Source: Bacteroidota bacterium
GTDB lineage: Bacteria > Bacteroidota > Bacteroidia > NS11-12g > UBA955
DNA length: 64,000 nt
Direction of reading: 5' to 3'
Assembly (NCBI GenBank): GCA_013205405.1
Contig: JABMMZ010000041.1
Span: forward strand, 9,718 to 73,717
A program made the position numbers and the translations under genes. Position 1 is the stretch's first letter. Each line of letters begins with the position of its first letter. Shown piece by piece: positions 20,759 to 28,886 of this stretch. Below the pieces are notes generated by a model, which saw only the letters and a program-made list of their open reading frames with translations, did not search any database and had not been told where the DNA came from.

Positions 20759-22087
20759 ATGAAAATATATCTTATTAAACAAGCTACTTTGATAAACGAG
20801 GGCAAACAAATGGTAGCCGATGTTTTGATAAAAAACCAAAGAATAGAAAAAATAGAGTCTCATATAGATGAACCTAATGCCATAGAAATAAACGCAGAAG
20901 GCATGTACTTAATGCCTGGAGCAATAGACGATCAAGTACATTTTAGAGAACCCGGTCTTACGCATAAAGGCGATATTTATACTGAAAGTAGGGCAGCAGC
21001 AGCAGGAGGTGTTACCAGTTTTATGGAAATGCCCAATACCAATCCGCAAGCTACCACCCAAGCACTTTTAGAAGAAAAATATCAACGTGCAGCGCAAGTT
21101 TCTTTAAGTAATTATTCTTTTTTTATGGGCACTACCAATGATAATTATGATGAAGTGATGCGCACCAATTTAAATACGGTTTGCGGCATTAAAATATTTA
21201 TGGGGAGTAGTACTGGTAATATGCTGGTGGATAATCCCAATACTTTAGAGAAGATATTTGCCAACGCCCCCAATTTAATAGCTACCCATTGCGAGGATGA
21301 AGCTACCATTAAACATAATACGGAAAAATATTTAGCCGAATATGGCGATAATTTATCTGCCATTCAGCATCCTTATATTAGAAGCGAAGAGGCTTGTTAT
21401 TTGAGTAGCAGCATGGCGGTAGAACTGGCTAAAAAGCACAATACACGGTTACATATTTTACATATTTCTACTGCAAAAGAAACTAATTTATTTACCACAG
21501 AGCCGATAGAAACAAAACGTATTACAGCCGAAGCTTGCATTCATCATTTATGGTTTTCGGCCGCAGATTATGAAACCAAAAGCAATTGGATAAAGTGGAA
21601 TCCAGCCGTAAAATGTGAAACAGACAGAGTAGGTATTTGGCAAGCTTTGTTGGATGGTAGAATTGATGTAATAGCCACTGACCATGCCCCACATACGAAA
21701 GACGAAAAAGCACAAGCATACATTAAATCACCTTCTGGTGGTCCATTGGTTCAACACAGTATTCAGGCTATGTTTCAGTTTTATGAACAAGGTAAAATTA
21801 CACTCGAACAAATTGTAACCAAAATGTGCCATAATCCTGCTATTCTATTTAAAATTAAAGAGCGTGGGTATATAAGAGAAGGTTATTATGCCGACTTGGT
21901 GTTGGTAAAAAAGCAAGTATATCAAGTAAAGAAAAACAATATTTTATACAAATGTGGTTGGAGTCCGTTTGAGGAAGAAGTATTTGATTATAGCATTGCT
22001 AAAACCTTTGTAAACGGACATTTAGCTTGGAGCGATGGCAGATTGAATGATGAGGTATTGGGAGATAGGCTAGAATTTGCACGGTAA
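20759..22087 (+). CDS. pyrC: Dihydroorotase (cyclic amidohydrolase family)
   Basis: PGAIDDQVHFREPG metal-binding motif. ATDHAPH motif. Size and layout of the long-form Bacteroidota dihydroorotase. Confidence 0.85.
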   Translation: MKIYLIKQATLINEGKQMVADVLIKNQRIEKIESHIDEPNAIEINAEGMYLMPGAIDDQVHFREPGLTHKGDIYTESRAAAAGGVTSFMEMPNTNPQATTQALLEEKYQRAAQVSLSNYSFFMGTTNDNYDEVMRTNLNTVCGIKIFMGSSTGNMLVDNPNTLEKIFANAPNLIATHCEDEATIKHNTEKYLAEYGDNLSAIQHPYIRSEEACYLSSSMAVELAKKHNTRLHILHISTAKETNLFTTEPIETKRITAEACIHHLWFSAADYETKSNWIKWNPAVKCETDRVGIWQALLDGRIDVIATDHAPHTKDEKAQAYIKSPSGGPLVQHSIQAMFQFYEQGKITLEQIVTKMCHNPAILFKIKERGYIREGYYADLVLVKKQVYQVKKNNILYKCGWSPFEEEVFDYSIAKTFVNGHLAWSDGRLNDEVLGDRLEFAR

Positions 22088-22089
22088 GT

Positions 22090-22317
22090 TTACAAAAAGA
22101 ATAAAATAATAAACGCTAAAATAATTAAACTTAGAAGAAGTAATATGGAATAGATCACTATTATACTAATCGCTAATCCTTTACCTCTGTATTTATCTTT
22201 AGATTCTCTAATTTTAGCAAGTGCAACAAAAGCCAAAATATAACCGATTAATAAAGCAATTGATAATATGTAATAAGTTGGAATCCCTAAAAGAGCTGCA
22301 ATAATATTTAAAGCCAA
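22090..22317 (-). CDS. Small two-TM membrane protein (DUF4190-like), possibly the detached C-terminal part of the upstream ORF
   Basis: 75-aa ORF with a TTG start. Its frame stays open 17 codons further upstream (PIEKNAEIAGWLFYGG). See the frameshift finding. Confidence 0.5.
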   Translation of the reverse strand: MALNIIAALLGIPTYYILSIALLIGYILAFVALAKIRESKDKYRGKGLAISIIVIYSILLLLSLIILAFIILFFL

Positions 22318-22739
22318 TCCACCATAAAATAACCAGCCAGCAATTTCAGCATTTTTTTCAATAGGTTTTTTTCAGCTTTTTCTTCATTAACAGCCTTTGG
22401 CGCTGCTTTTTCTATAATTTTATTTAGTGCGATATCATTTATTTTTATTTTATTTTTAACTACAATACTTTCCGCTTTATTTTTGTTTAATATGATGTCC
22501 TCATGATTTAAATGAGCAGTATCTAAAAAGGTATTAGCTGGGTTAGATGCAATTTTAGTGTTTTCATTACTTTGATGCTTTACTGCTTTTTGAGCTTTAC
22601 ATTCAATAATCTTTTCTTTTTTCGCAAATAAATTATTGCCTACATCTATTTTCAAACCATTACTATAGCGTGTTTTTGTTATAACTCCACAACTTGAAAT
22701 AAGTGTTATAATTAGTAAAAAAGATAGTATATTTTTCAT
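22308..22739 (-). CDS. Lipoprotein, hypothetical (possibly the N-terminal part of a frameshifted gene)
   Basis: Lipobox LISSCG. Ends 10 nt inside the next ORF, just after two homopolymer runs (T7 on the + strand at 22352-22358 and 22366-22372). Confidence 0.5.
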   Translation of the reverse strand: MKNILSFLLIITLISSCGVITKTRYSNGLKIDVGNNLFAKKEKIIECKAQKAVKHQSNENTKIASNPANTFLDTAHLNHEDIILNKNKAESIVVKNKIKINDIALNKIIEKAAPKAVNEEKAEKNLLKKMLKLLAGYFMVDWL

Positions 22740-22796
22740 TTAGGAAGATTTGTAAGAATACAAAGAAAGCACTTTTTAACAATTTATTTTAATTTT

Positions 22797-23807
22797 TTAC
22801 CTCGCAAATGGGACTTCTTCCAAAGTAGAAAATTCAGCATTCAAATATTTATAATGCGCTGCTATAGCTATCATAGCTGCATTATCTGTGCAATATTCAA
22901 AAGCTGGAATGTAGGTGTGCCAATTATTTTTTTCGCCTAAGTTTTGCAGATCTTTTCTTAAAAGCATATTAGCACTTACACCTCCAGCTAATCCTAAATG
23001 AGATATATTCAAATCTTTAGCGGCACGTTCAAGGTTTTTTAGTAAAATAGTAACGATATTGTACCTTAAACTGGCACAAATGTCATTCATATTTTCTTCA
23101 ATGAAATTTGGAGTTTCTTTAACATTTTTTTGTAAAAAATATAATAAGGAGGTTTTTAATCCACTAAAACTATAATCATATCCTGATACTTTTGCCATCG
23201 GAAATGTAAACTTTATAGGGTTGCCTAATTCTGCATTTTTATCTATTAATGGTCCTCCAGGGTAAGGTAATTTTAGCATTTTGGCTGCTTTATCAAAAGC
23301 TTCTCCTGCAGCATCATCTATAGTACTGCCAATAATCTCCATTTCTAAATAGTGAGTTACTTTTATTATTTGGGTGTGCCCACCCGAAACTAAAAGACAT
23401 AAATAAGGGAATTGTGGCAACGGATTGCCTAAGTATAAGGCAGCAACGTGTGCTTGTATATGATTAATACCAATGGTAGGGATATCTAAAGCTAATGATA
23501 AACCCTTCGCGAATTGGCTTCCAACTAGCAAAGATCCCATTAAACCTGGACCTTGGGTATAGGCTATGGCATTTATATTTTCTAATGTTACATTCGCTAT
23601 TTTTAAGGCTTGATTCACAACTGGTAAAATATTTTGTTGATGTGCTCTGCTTGCTAATTCTGGTATAACACCGCCATATTGTTCATGTATTTTTTGCCCA
23701 GCTATAATATTGGCAAGCATTTTGCCGTTTCTTATTACCGCGGCAGCAGTATCATCGCACGATGACTCTATGGCTAAAATTAAAGGATTGTCTTTTTTTT
23801 CTGTCAT
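22797..23807 (-). CDS. tsaD: tRNA N6-adenosine threonylcarbamoyltransferase
   Basis: ILAIESSCDDTAAAV N-terminus, VSGGHT and GLAGGVSAN motifs. The likely start is the ATG at 23807 (MTEKKDNP). Confidence 0.92.
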   Translation of the reverse strand: MTEKKDNPLILAIESSCDDTAAAVIRNGKMLANIIAGQKIHEQYGGVIPELASRAHQQNILPVVNQALKIANVTLENINAIAYTQGPGLMGSLLVGSQFAKGLSLALDIPTIGINHIQAHVAALYLGNPLPQFPYLCLLVSGGHTQIIKVTHYLEMEIIGSTIDDAAGEAFDKAAKMLKLPYPGGPLIDKNAELGNPIKFTFPMAKVSGYDYSFSGLKTSLLYFLQKNVKETPNFIEENMNDICASLRYNIVTILLKNLERAAKDLNISHLGLAGGVSANMLLRKDLQNLGEKNNWHTYIPAFEYCTDNAAMIAIAAHYKYLNAEFSTLEEVPFAR

Positions 23808-23823
23808 ACTGTTAATATCCTCA

Positions 23824-26800
23824 ATGCTATTCTGCTTAAATTTGCACAAAAGGCCAAAATATTTGCTTACAAAAATATCTAAAATAGCGCGATTTATACT
23901 ACTCTTACTTTTTTTTAGTATTGGGTTGCTCTATATTATTTTTAAAAGTGAGCCTGTACAAACTTGGTTAGTGCAAAAAGCAACCAATTTTTTAAGTAGC
24001 GAATTAGGCATCAAAGTAAAAATTGGTTCAGTAGATATCGATTTTTTTAAAACAGTTGTCTTAGAAAATGTTTTTATTGAAGACCAACATCAAGATACCC
24101 TTTTTTATTTTAGAAACTTAAAATTAGATTATAATAGCTACGATAAAATCCGAAAAAAGATAAATATAAATAGCATTTCAATTTATGGAGGAAAAATACG
24201 CATAGGAGAACATAAAGGGGATAGTGTTTTGAATTATGAATTTTTGGTTGATTACTTTAATGGAGGCCCTCGTGATCCAAATAAACCTAAAGTAGTATGG
24301 ACTATTTTTAGTAAAAAATTCACATTGTATAATACGCGGTTCGATTATTTTAGTAGAAATAGTCAGAAACCAGATTTTATGGATTTTAATTATAATGATA
24401 TGAGTTATAAAGATATTAATGGTAATATTGAAGATTTTTATTTGATAGATGACTCATTACATTTTCAAATTAAGCATTTGGAAACAACTGAAAAATGCGG
24501 ACTAAAAGTACTCGATTTTGTAGCAGATACTAAAATTCATGAAGGGGGTATTTCTTTTAATAAAATGACCTTAGCCACTGAAAATACCTTACTGAAAAAT
24601 TATTTTGAAATGGTAACTAAAGATTGGAAAGATTACGGTGATTTTAACCACAAAGTATATCTAAAAGGCAATTTGAACGACTCAAAAATAGACAGTAAGG
24701 ATTTGCATTATTTTAGTAATTATTTAAAACAATATGCAACAAAAATTAATATGACTGGCAAAGCCGAAGGCTATGTTAGCAGATTAAAAGTAAAAGATTC
24801 TTACATAAAAATGTTTGATAAAACAGAGTATGAGGGTAATTTTACTATAACAGGCTTACCCAATGTGGACGATGCTCTAATGGAATTTGCAGTTAAAAAA
24901 TTTACAACAGATTACAAAGATTTAAATGCTATAACTTTAAATAATATTCCAAGCAATTTTAAGCAATTAGGAAAAATAACTTACGAAGGCCAATTTGATG
25001 GTTTTTACAACGATTTTGTAACTTACGGGAAATTACAAACTGCCTTAGGAAATTTTGATTCAGACTTAAATTTGAAATTTAAAAATGGGTTGAACAATGC
25101 TACATATTCCGGAAAGTTAAAAACAAGTTCATTCAAAATAAAACAATTTTTGCCTGAGGCTAATATCGATGATATTGCTTTTGATTTAAAGATGAAAGGA
25201 ATAGGTTTAAATCTAAAAACCTATAAATTAAATTTAGAAGGGTTTGTAAACCAGGTAAGGTTTAATAATTATTTGTATAAAAATATTGAAGCTAAAGGCG
25301 AGCTGCAACCCACGTTGTTTTCTGGTATTGCTAAAATAAGAGACCCTCATCTTAATTTAGATTTTGAAGGCGATTTTAGTACCAAAGGAAAAGTACCAGA
25401 GGCTAATTTTAAAGCAAAAATAGTAAACGCAGACCTTGGTGCTTTGGGCTTTGATACTTCTGAACAAAATCTAAAAGGAACTTTTGTTATCAATTTTAAA
25501 GGAAAAACTTTAGATGATGCCATAGGCACTATTGTTGGAAAAAATGTCATAATTTATAGAAATAATAAAACGGTAAATATTTCTGAAATTATGCTTTCTT
25601 CTTTAATTTTAGATAACAATAAAAAGGAATTAAAAGTGATAAGTGAAATAGTAGATTTAAGCATAGTTGGCAATTATACTTTAAGCAAATTAGATATTAG
25701 TTTATTGCATTTAATGTATCAACTTATTCCCATTTATTTTAATAAACCAAAGCAAGAATTACCCAATGAAGATTTCGTTTTTTCTATCAATTTAAAACAG
25801 CCAGATGCTTTAACTAGCTTATATCAGCCTAAATTAAGTTTAGCTACGTTACAAGCCAATGGAAATTACAAAAGCGCAGATCAATCTTTAAGTTTAATAA
25901 CTCAAAATGAACTAATAATATATGATGGATATCAAATAAATAATTTAAAGCTAAATGCAAATAAAAAACCATTAAGCTTATTAAATATAGATATAAGCGC
26001 AACAAATTTTACGAATTCTAAAAATATTAATATTGAAAATATTACGGTAAATGCTGATGTATACGATAATATTATTGATTTTAATGTGAATGGCGCAGAC
26101 ACAGGTTATCATGTACAATTAAAAAGCAAAGGTAAAATGACATTTGGTAAAGATAGTTTAGATATTAGATTTGTTCAAACAGATTTAAAAATAGATAATG
26201 AACCTTGGAAATTGGATCCAAAAGCCTATTTATTACTGACTGAAAAGAAATATGAAATTTTTAATTTTAATTTAAAGAATAAAACACAAGGAATAAGTTT
26301 TAGTGGAGAGTATGGAGAAAAATCAAATAGTACATTCAAGTTAGATGTAAATGCCTTTTCATTAAATACAATTAATAAGATAATAAAAGATGGTAAACTA
26401 CCCATTTTGAATGGTATTTCAAATGGACAAATTAGCTATTCATTAGTTCAAAATAAACCTGTTTTTAAAGCGAATGTAGATATCAATAATTTAGCTGTTG
26501 GAAAGGATACAATTGGTAATTTGGACGTTTCATTGAATCAAAATAGTAAGACAATAGACAATCAAGATAGTCTTAGAATTAGAGTAATCGGAGGTGTATT
26601 AAATAAACTAGATATAAGTGGTATAATAGATTTTAAAAGTAAAAATGACAATTTTAAATTAGATGGTTATTTGCCTCCTTCAGAGATCAGTATTTTACAA
26701 CCATTTTTAGAAGGATTAGTAAGTAAAATGAGTGGTAAAATGAGCAGTAATGAATTGCATTTAAGAGGTACTTTTGACAATCCAGATTTGAAGGGTTATA

Positions 26801-28308
26801 TTGACGTTACCAATGCCACAATGACCATTGATTATTTGAATATTCCAATATCATTTTCAACCAGAATATTGGCCGAAAAATATAGATTAGATATTGGTAA
26901 ATTTAAGGTAAAAGATGATAAAGGTAAATTAGGCAATGTGAGTGGGTATGTTAACCATACCAATTTTTCAAATTTTAAGTTAGATATAGGCATTTACGAT
27001 TTGCAAAATTTTCATATTTTAAATACCGATGCGAGCGATAATGAACTTTATTATGGGCAAGGGTATGTAAATGGCAATGTTTCATTTAAAGGGCCATTTG
27101 ATAATTTGGATATAGATATGAATGCAAAAACCATGACTGGAACGAGTTTTAATTTGCCAATAAGTGATGGCGATGCGAGTGGATTTCCAAGTTATGTGCA
27201 TTTTAAAACAGGTAAAAAAAGAGTAAAACGCAAAAATGATTTTCCTATTAATTCCTTAAAAATGAATATAGAAACCACTACGGATGCAAATGTTCAAATT
27301 ATTTTTGATGAAACATTAGGCGATATTATTTCTGGTAGTGGTAATGGCAATATAAAAATGGAAATGACCAAAAGTGGCGATTTTTATATGTTTGGAAATT
27401 ATACCATTGAGCAAGGCAAGTATTTATTTACTGCTTTTGATTTATATAATAAACCATTTGCTGTTAAACCGGGCGGCACTATTCAATGGTTTGGCGACCC
27501 TTTGAATGCTAAATTAAATATAACGGCTTACACCACAGAAAAAGCAAATTCAGAACCTTTGTTAACTGCAGTTTCTTCTAACACAACTACTAATTCAAAC
27601 GCAGTTATTATAACTGCAGAAAGTGAACTGTATATAAAGGGTAATTTGTTCTCACCAGAAATAACATTTGGTTTGAATTTTCCAAAACTACAAACCGAGG
27701 CAGGCAATAATAGCAATGCTATTGCTTCAGTTATTGCCAGAATAAAAGCAGATAATGAGGAAATAAGTCGTCAGGTATTTGGCTTATTAATTATGAAGCA
27801 GTTTTTGCCTCCATCTTTTGCTCAATCTACCCAATCTGTAAATAATATTGGTACTACTGCTTTAAACTCTGCAGGAAGCGATTTACTCTCTTCGCAATTA
27901 AGTAATTGGTTGAATAAAATAGATCCTTATTGGAAAATTAATGTCATATATAGAAATGGAAACATTGCATTACCAGCTGAATATGGCATAGGATTGAGTA
28001 GGAAATTTTTTAGAGAAAAGTTAAGTTTTGACGGCAGTATTAGTAATTATAATAATAACAGACCCAATATTAATATAGAATATAAAGTAACAAAAAAGGG
28101 CAACTTAAAAGTAAAAGCGTACACACGTTCCAATATCAATCAGGTAAATACAACATCGCTTAATACACCTATAAATACAACAGGTGTTGGGATAGTTTAT
28201 ACAAAAGAATTTAATTCATTTTTTAGATTATTCAGAAAAAAGAAAAAGAAAAAAGATATTTTTCCAACTGCTCCTGCAGCAACATCTGCTCCTGCAAATC
28301 CCTTATAA
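23824..28308 (+). CDS. tamB: Translocation and assembly module protein TamB (DUF490 family)
   Basis: About 1490 aa with an N-terminal TM anchor (IARFILLLLFFSIGLLYII), a long beta-rich body and the conserved C-terminal DUF490-like region. Start is uncertain: ATG 23824, or TTG at 23842 or 23863. The 23710 start overlaps tsaD and is unlikely. Confidence 0.8.
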   Translation: MLFCLNLHKRPKYLLTKISKIARFILLLLFFSIGLLYIIFKSEPVQTWLVQKATNFLSSELGIKVKIGSVDIDFFKTVVLENVFIEDQHQDTLFYFRNLKLDYNSYDKIRKKININSISIYGGKIRIGEHKGDSVLNYEFLVDYFNGGPRDPNKPKVVWTIFSKKFTLYNTRFDYFSRNSQKPDFMDFNYNDMSYKDINGNIEDFYLIDDSLHFQIKHLETTEKCGLKVLDFVADTKIHEGGISFNKMTLATENTLLKNYFEMVTKDWKDYGDFNHKVYLKGNLNDSKIDSKDLHYFSNYLKQYATKINMTGKAEGYVSRLKVKDSYIKMFDKTEYEGNFTITGLPNVDDALMEFAVKKFTTDYKDLNAITLNNIPSNFKQLGKITYEGQFDGFYNDFVTYGKLQTALGNFDSDLNLKFKNGLNNATYSGKLKTSSFKIKQFLPEANIDDIAFDLKMKGIGLNLKTYKLNLEGFVNQVRFNNYLYKNIEAKGELQPTLFSGIAKIRDPHLNLDFEGDFSTKGKVPEANFKAKIVNADLGALGFDTSEQNLKGTFVINFKGKTLDDAIGTIVGKNVIIYRNNKTVNISEIMLSSLILDNNKKELKVISEIVDLSIVGNYTLSKLDISLLHLMYQLIPIYFNKPKQELPNEDFVFSINLKQPDALTSLYQPKLSLATLQANGNYKSADQSLSLITQNELIIYDGYQINNLKLNANKKPLSLLNIDISATNFTNSKNINIENITVNADVYDNIIDFNVNGADTGYHVQLKSKGKMTFGKDSLDIRFVQTDLKIDNEPWKLDPKAYLLLTEKKYEIFNFNLKNKTQGISFSGEYGEKSNSTFKLDVNAFSLNTINKIIKDGKLPILNGISNGQISYSLVQNKPVFKANVDINNLAVGKDTIGNLDVSLNQNSKTIDNQDSLRIRVIGGVLNKLDISGIIDFKSKNDNFKLDGYLPPSEISILQPFLEGLVSKMSGKMSSNELHLRGTFDNPDLKGYIDVTNATMTIDYLNIPISFSTRILAEKYRLDIGKFKVKDDKGKLGNVSGYVNHTNFSNFKLDIGIYDLQNFHILNTDASDNELYYGQGYVNGNVSFKGPFDNLDIDMNAKTMTGTSFNLPISDGDASGFPSYVHFKTGKKRVKRKNDFPINSLKMNIETTTDANVQIIFDETLGDIISGSGNGNIKMEMTKSGDFYMFGNYTIEQGKYLFTAFDLYNKPFAVKPGGTIQWFGDPLNAKLNITAYTTEKANSEPLLTAVSSNTTTNSNAVIITAESELYIKGNLFSPEITFGLNFPKLQTEAGNNSNAIASVIARIKADNEEISRQVFGLLIMKQFLPPSFAQSTQSVNNIGTTALNSAGSDLLSSQLSNWLNKIDPYWKINVIYRNGNIALPAEYGIGLSRKFFREKLSFDGSISNYNNNRPNINIEYKVTKKGNLKVKAYTRSNINQVNTTSLNTPINTTGVGIVYTKEFNSFFRLFRKKKKKKDIFPTAPAATSAPANPL

Positions 28309-28318
28309 AAAAGATTCT

Positions 28319-28483
28319 CTACAAGTCGTTTTTAGTTTTGAACGCGTTATTCTTTTTATTAAATCTATTAAAAATAAGATAAAAACCATACAATACTATG
28401 GCGGTAATTAGGATTTCAGAAATTATAAGCGTAGTATTAAAACTAGCTATCGATATGTCATTTTTATGGAAAGAATCTTTCAT
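28319..28483 (-). CDS. Candidate small single-TM protein (54 aa), below the ORF-track cutoff
   Basis: ATG at 28483 to TAG at 28319-28321. Translation: MKDSFHKNDISIASFNTTLIISEILITAIVLYGFYLIFNRFNKKNNAFKTKNDL, with one hydrophobic helix followed by a basic tail. A consensus -7 box lies 21 nt upstream. Confidence 0.35.
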   Translation of the reverse strand: MKDSFHKNDISIASFNTTLIISEILITAIVLYGFYLIFNRFNKKNNAFKTKNDL

Positions 28484-28504
28484 TGTATTAAAGTATAATT
28501 GTAC

Positions 28505-28512
28505 AAAAGTAC
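28505..28512 (-). promoter_or_regulatory. Bacteroidota -7 promoter box (TACTTTTG) upstream of the 54-aa ORF
   Basis: The reverse complement of 28505-28512 is TACTTTTG. Confidence 0.4.
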
Positions 28513-28570
28513 ATTAAATTAAATAATGGTATAATTATTGGTAAAAATTAAGTAAAAACAAATTAAATAT

Positions 28571-28750
28571 GTGTCAGTAGTAAAAGTAATTGAAGTAATA
28601 GCTTCATTAGAAAAAAGAATCTAATATACTATCGAAACAGCAGTAGCAGAAGTAAGTAAAACCATTATAAATGTTGATTCTGTATATGTAAAAGCACATG
28701 CAAAAGATGGTAAAATTGTAACTTATGGTGTAATATTTCATTTAGAATAG
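28571..28750 (+). pseudogene. Dodecin family gene with an in-frame TAA
   Basis: GTG start. Translation: VSVVKVIEVIASLEKRI*YTIETAVAEVSKTIINVDSVYVKAHAKDGKIVTYGVIFHLE. It matches the dodecin pattern (VKVIEV.A.SEKS.EDA...AV.EASKT..N..SVYV...GKI..Y.V...F.LE). An in-frame TAA sits at 28622-28624. Confidence 0.7.
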
Positions 28751-28794
28751 AATCATAAGATTCATTCATACACTTATACTAATATTTATTTCAT

Positions 28795-28821
28795 AAAGGC
28801 TTCCCAGTAGAAGCCTTTTTT
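28795..28821 (+). terminator. Rho-independent terminator downstream of the dodecin pseudogene
   Basis: 9-bp stem AAAGGCTTC/GAAGCCTTT with a 6-nt loop, running into a T-tract. Confidence 0.7.
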
Positions 28822-28864
28822 ATTTACCCAAAAAAATGAAATATTGATTTTTTATCAAATTGTG

Positions 28865-28872
28865 TATATTTG
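28865..28872 (+). promoter_or_regulatory. Bacteroidota -7 promoter box (TATATTTG) upstream of the giant adhesin gene
   Basis: TAnnTTTG match 14 nt upstream of the TTG start at 28887. Confidence 0.4.
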
Positions 28873-28886
28873 CCTTATAAATACCA

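Noticed and set aside
23710-23823. N-terminal 38-codon extension of the TamB ORF overlapping tsaD
   Set aside because: The extension runs antisense through the tsaD 5' coding region and has no TM or signal character. The TamB membrane anchor begins after 23860, so a start at 23824-23863 is more plausible.
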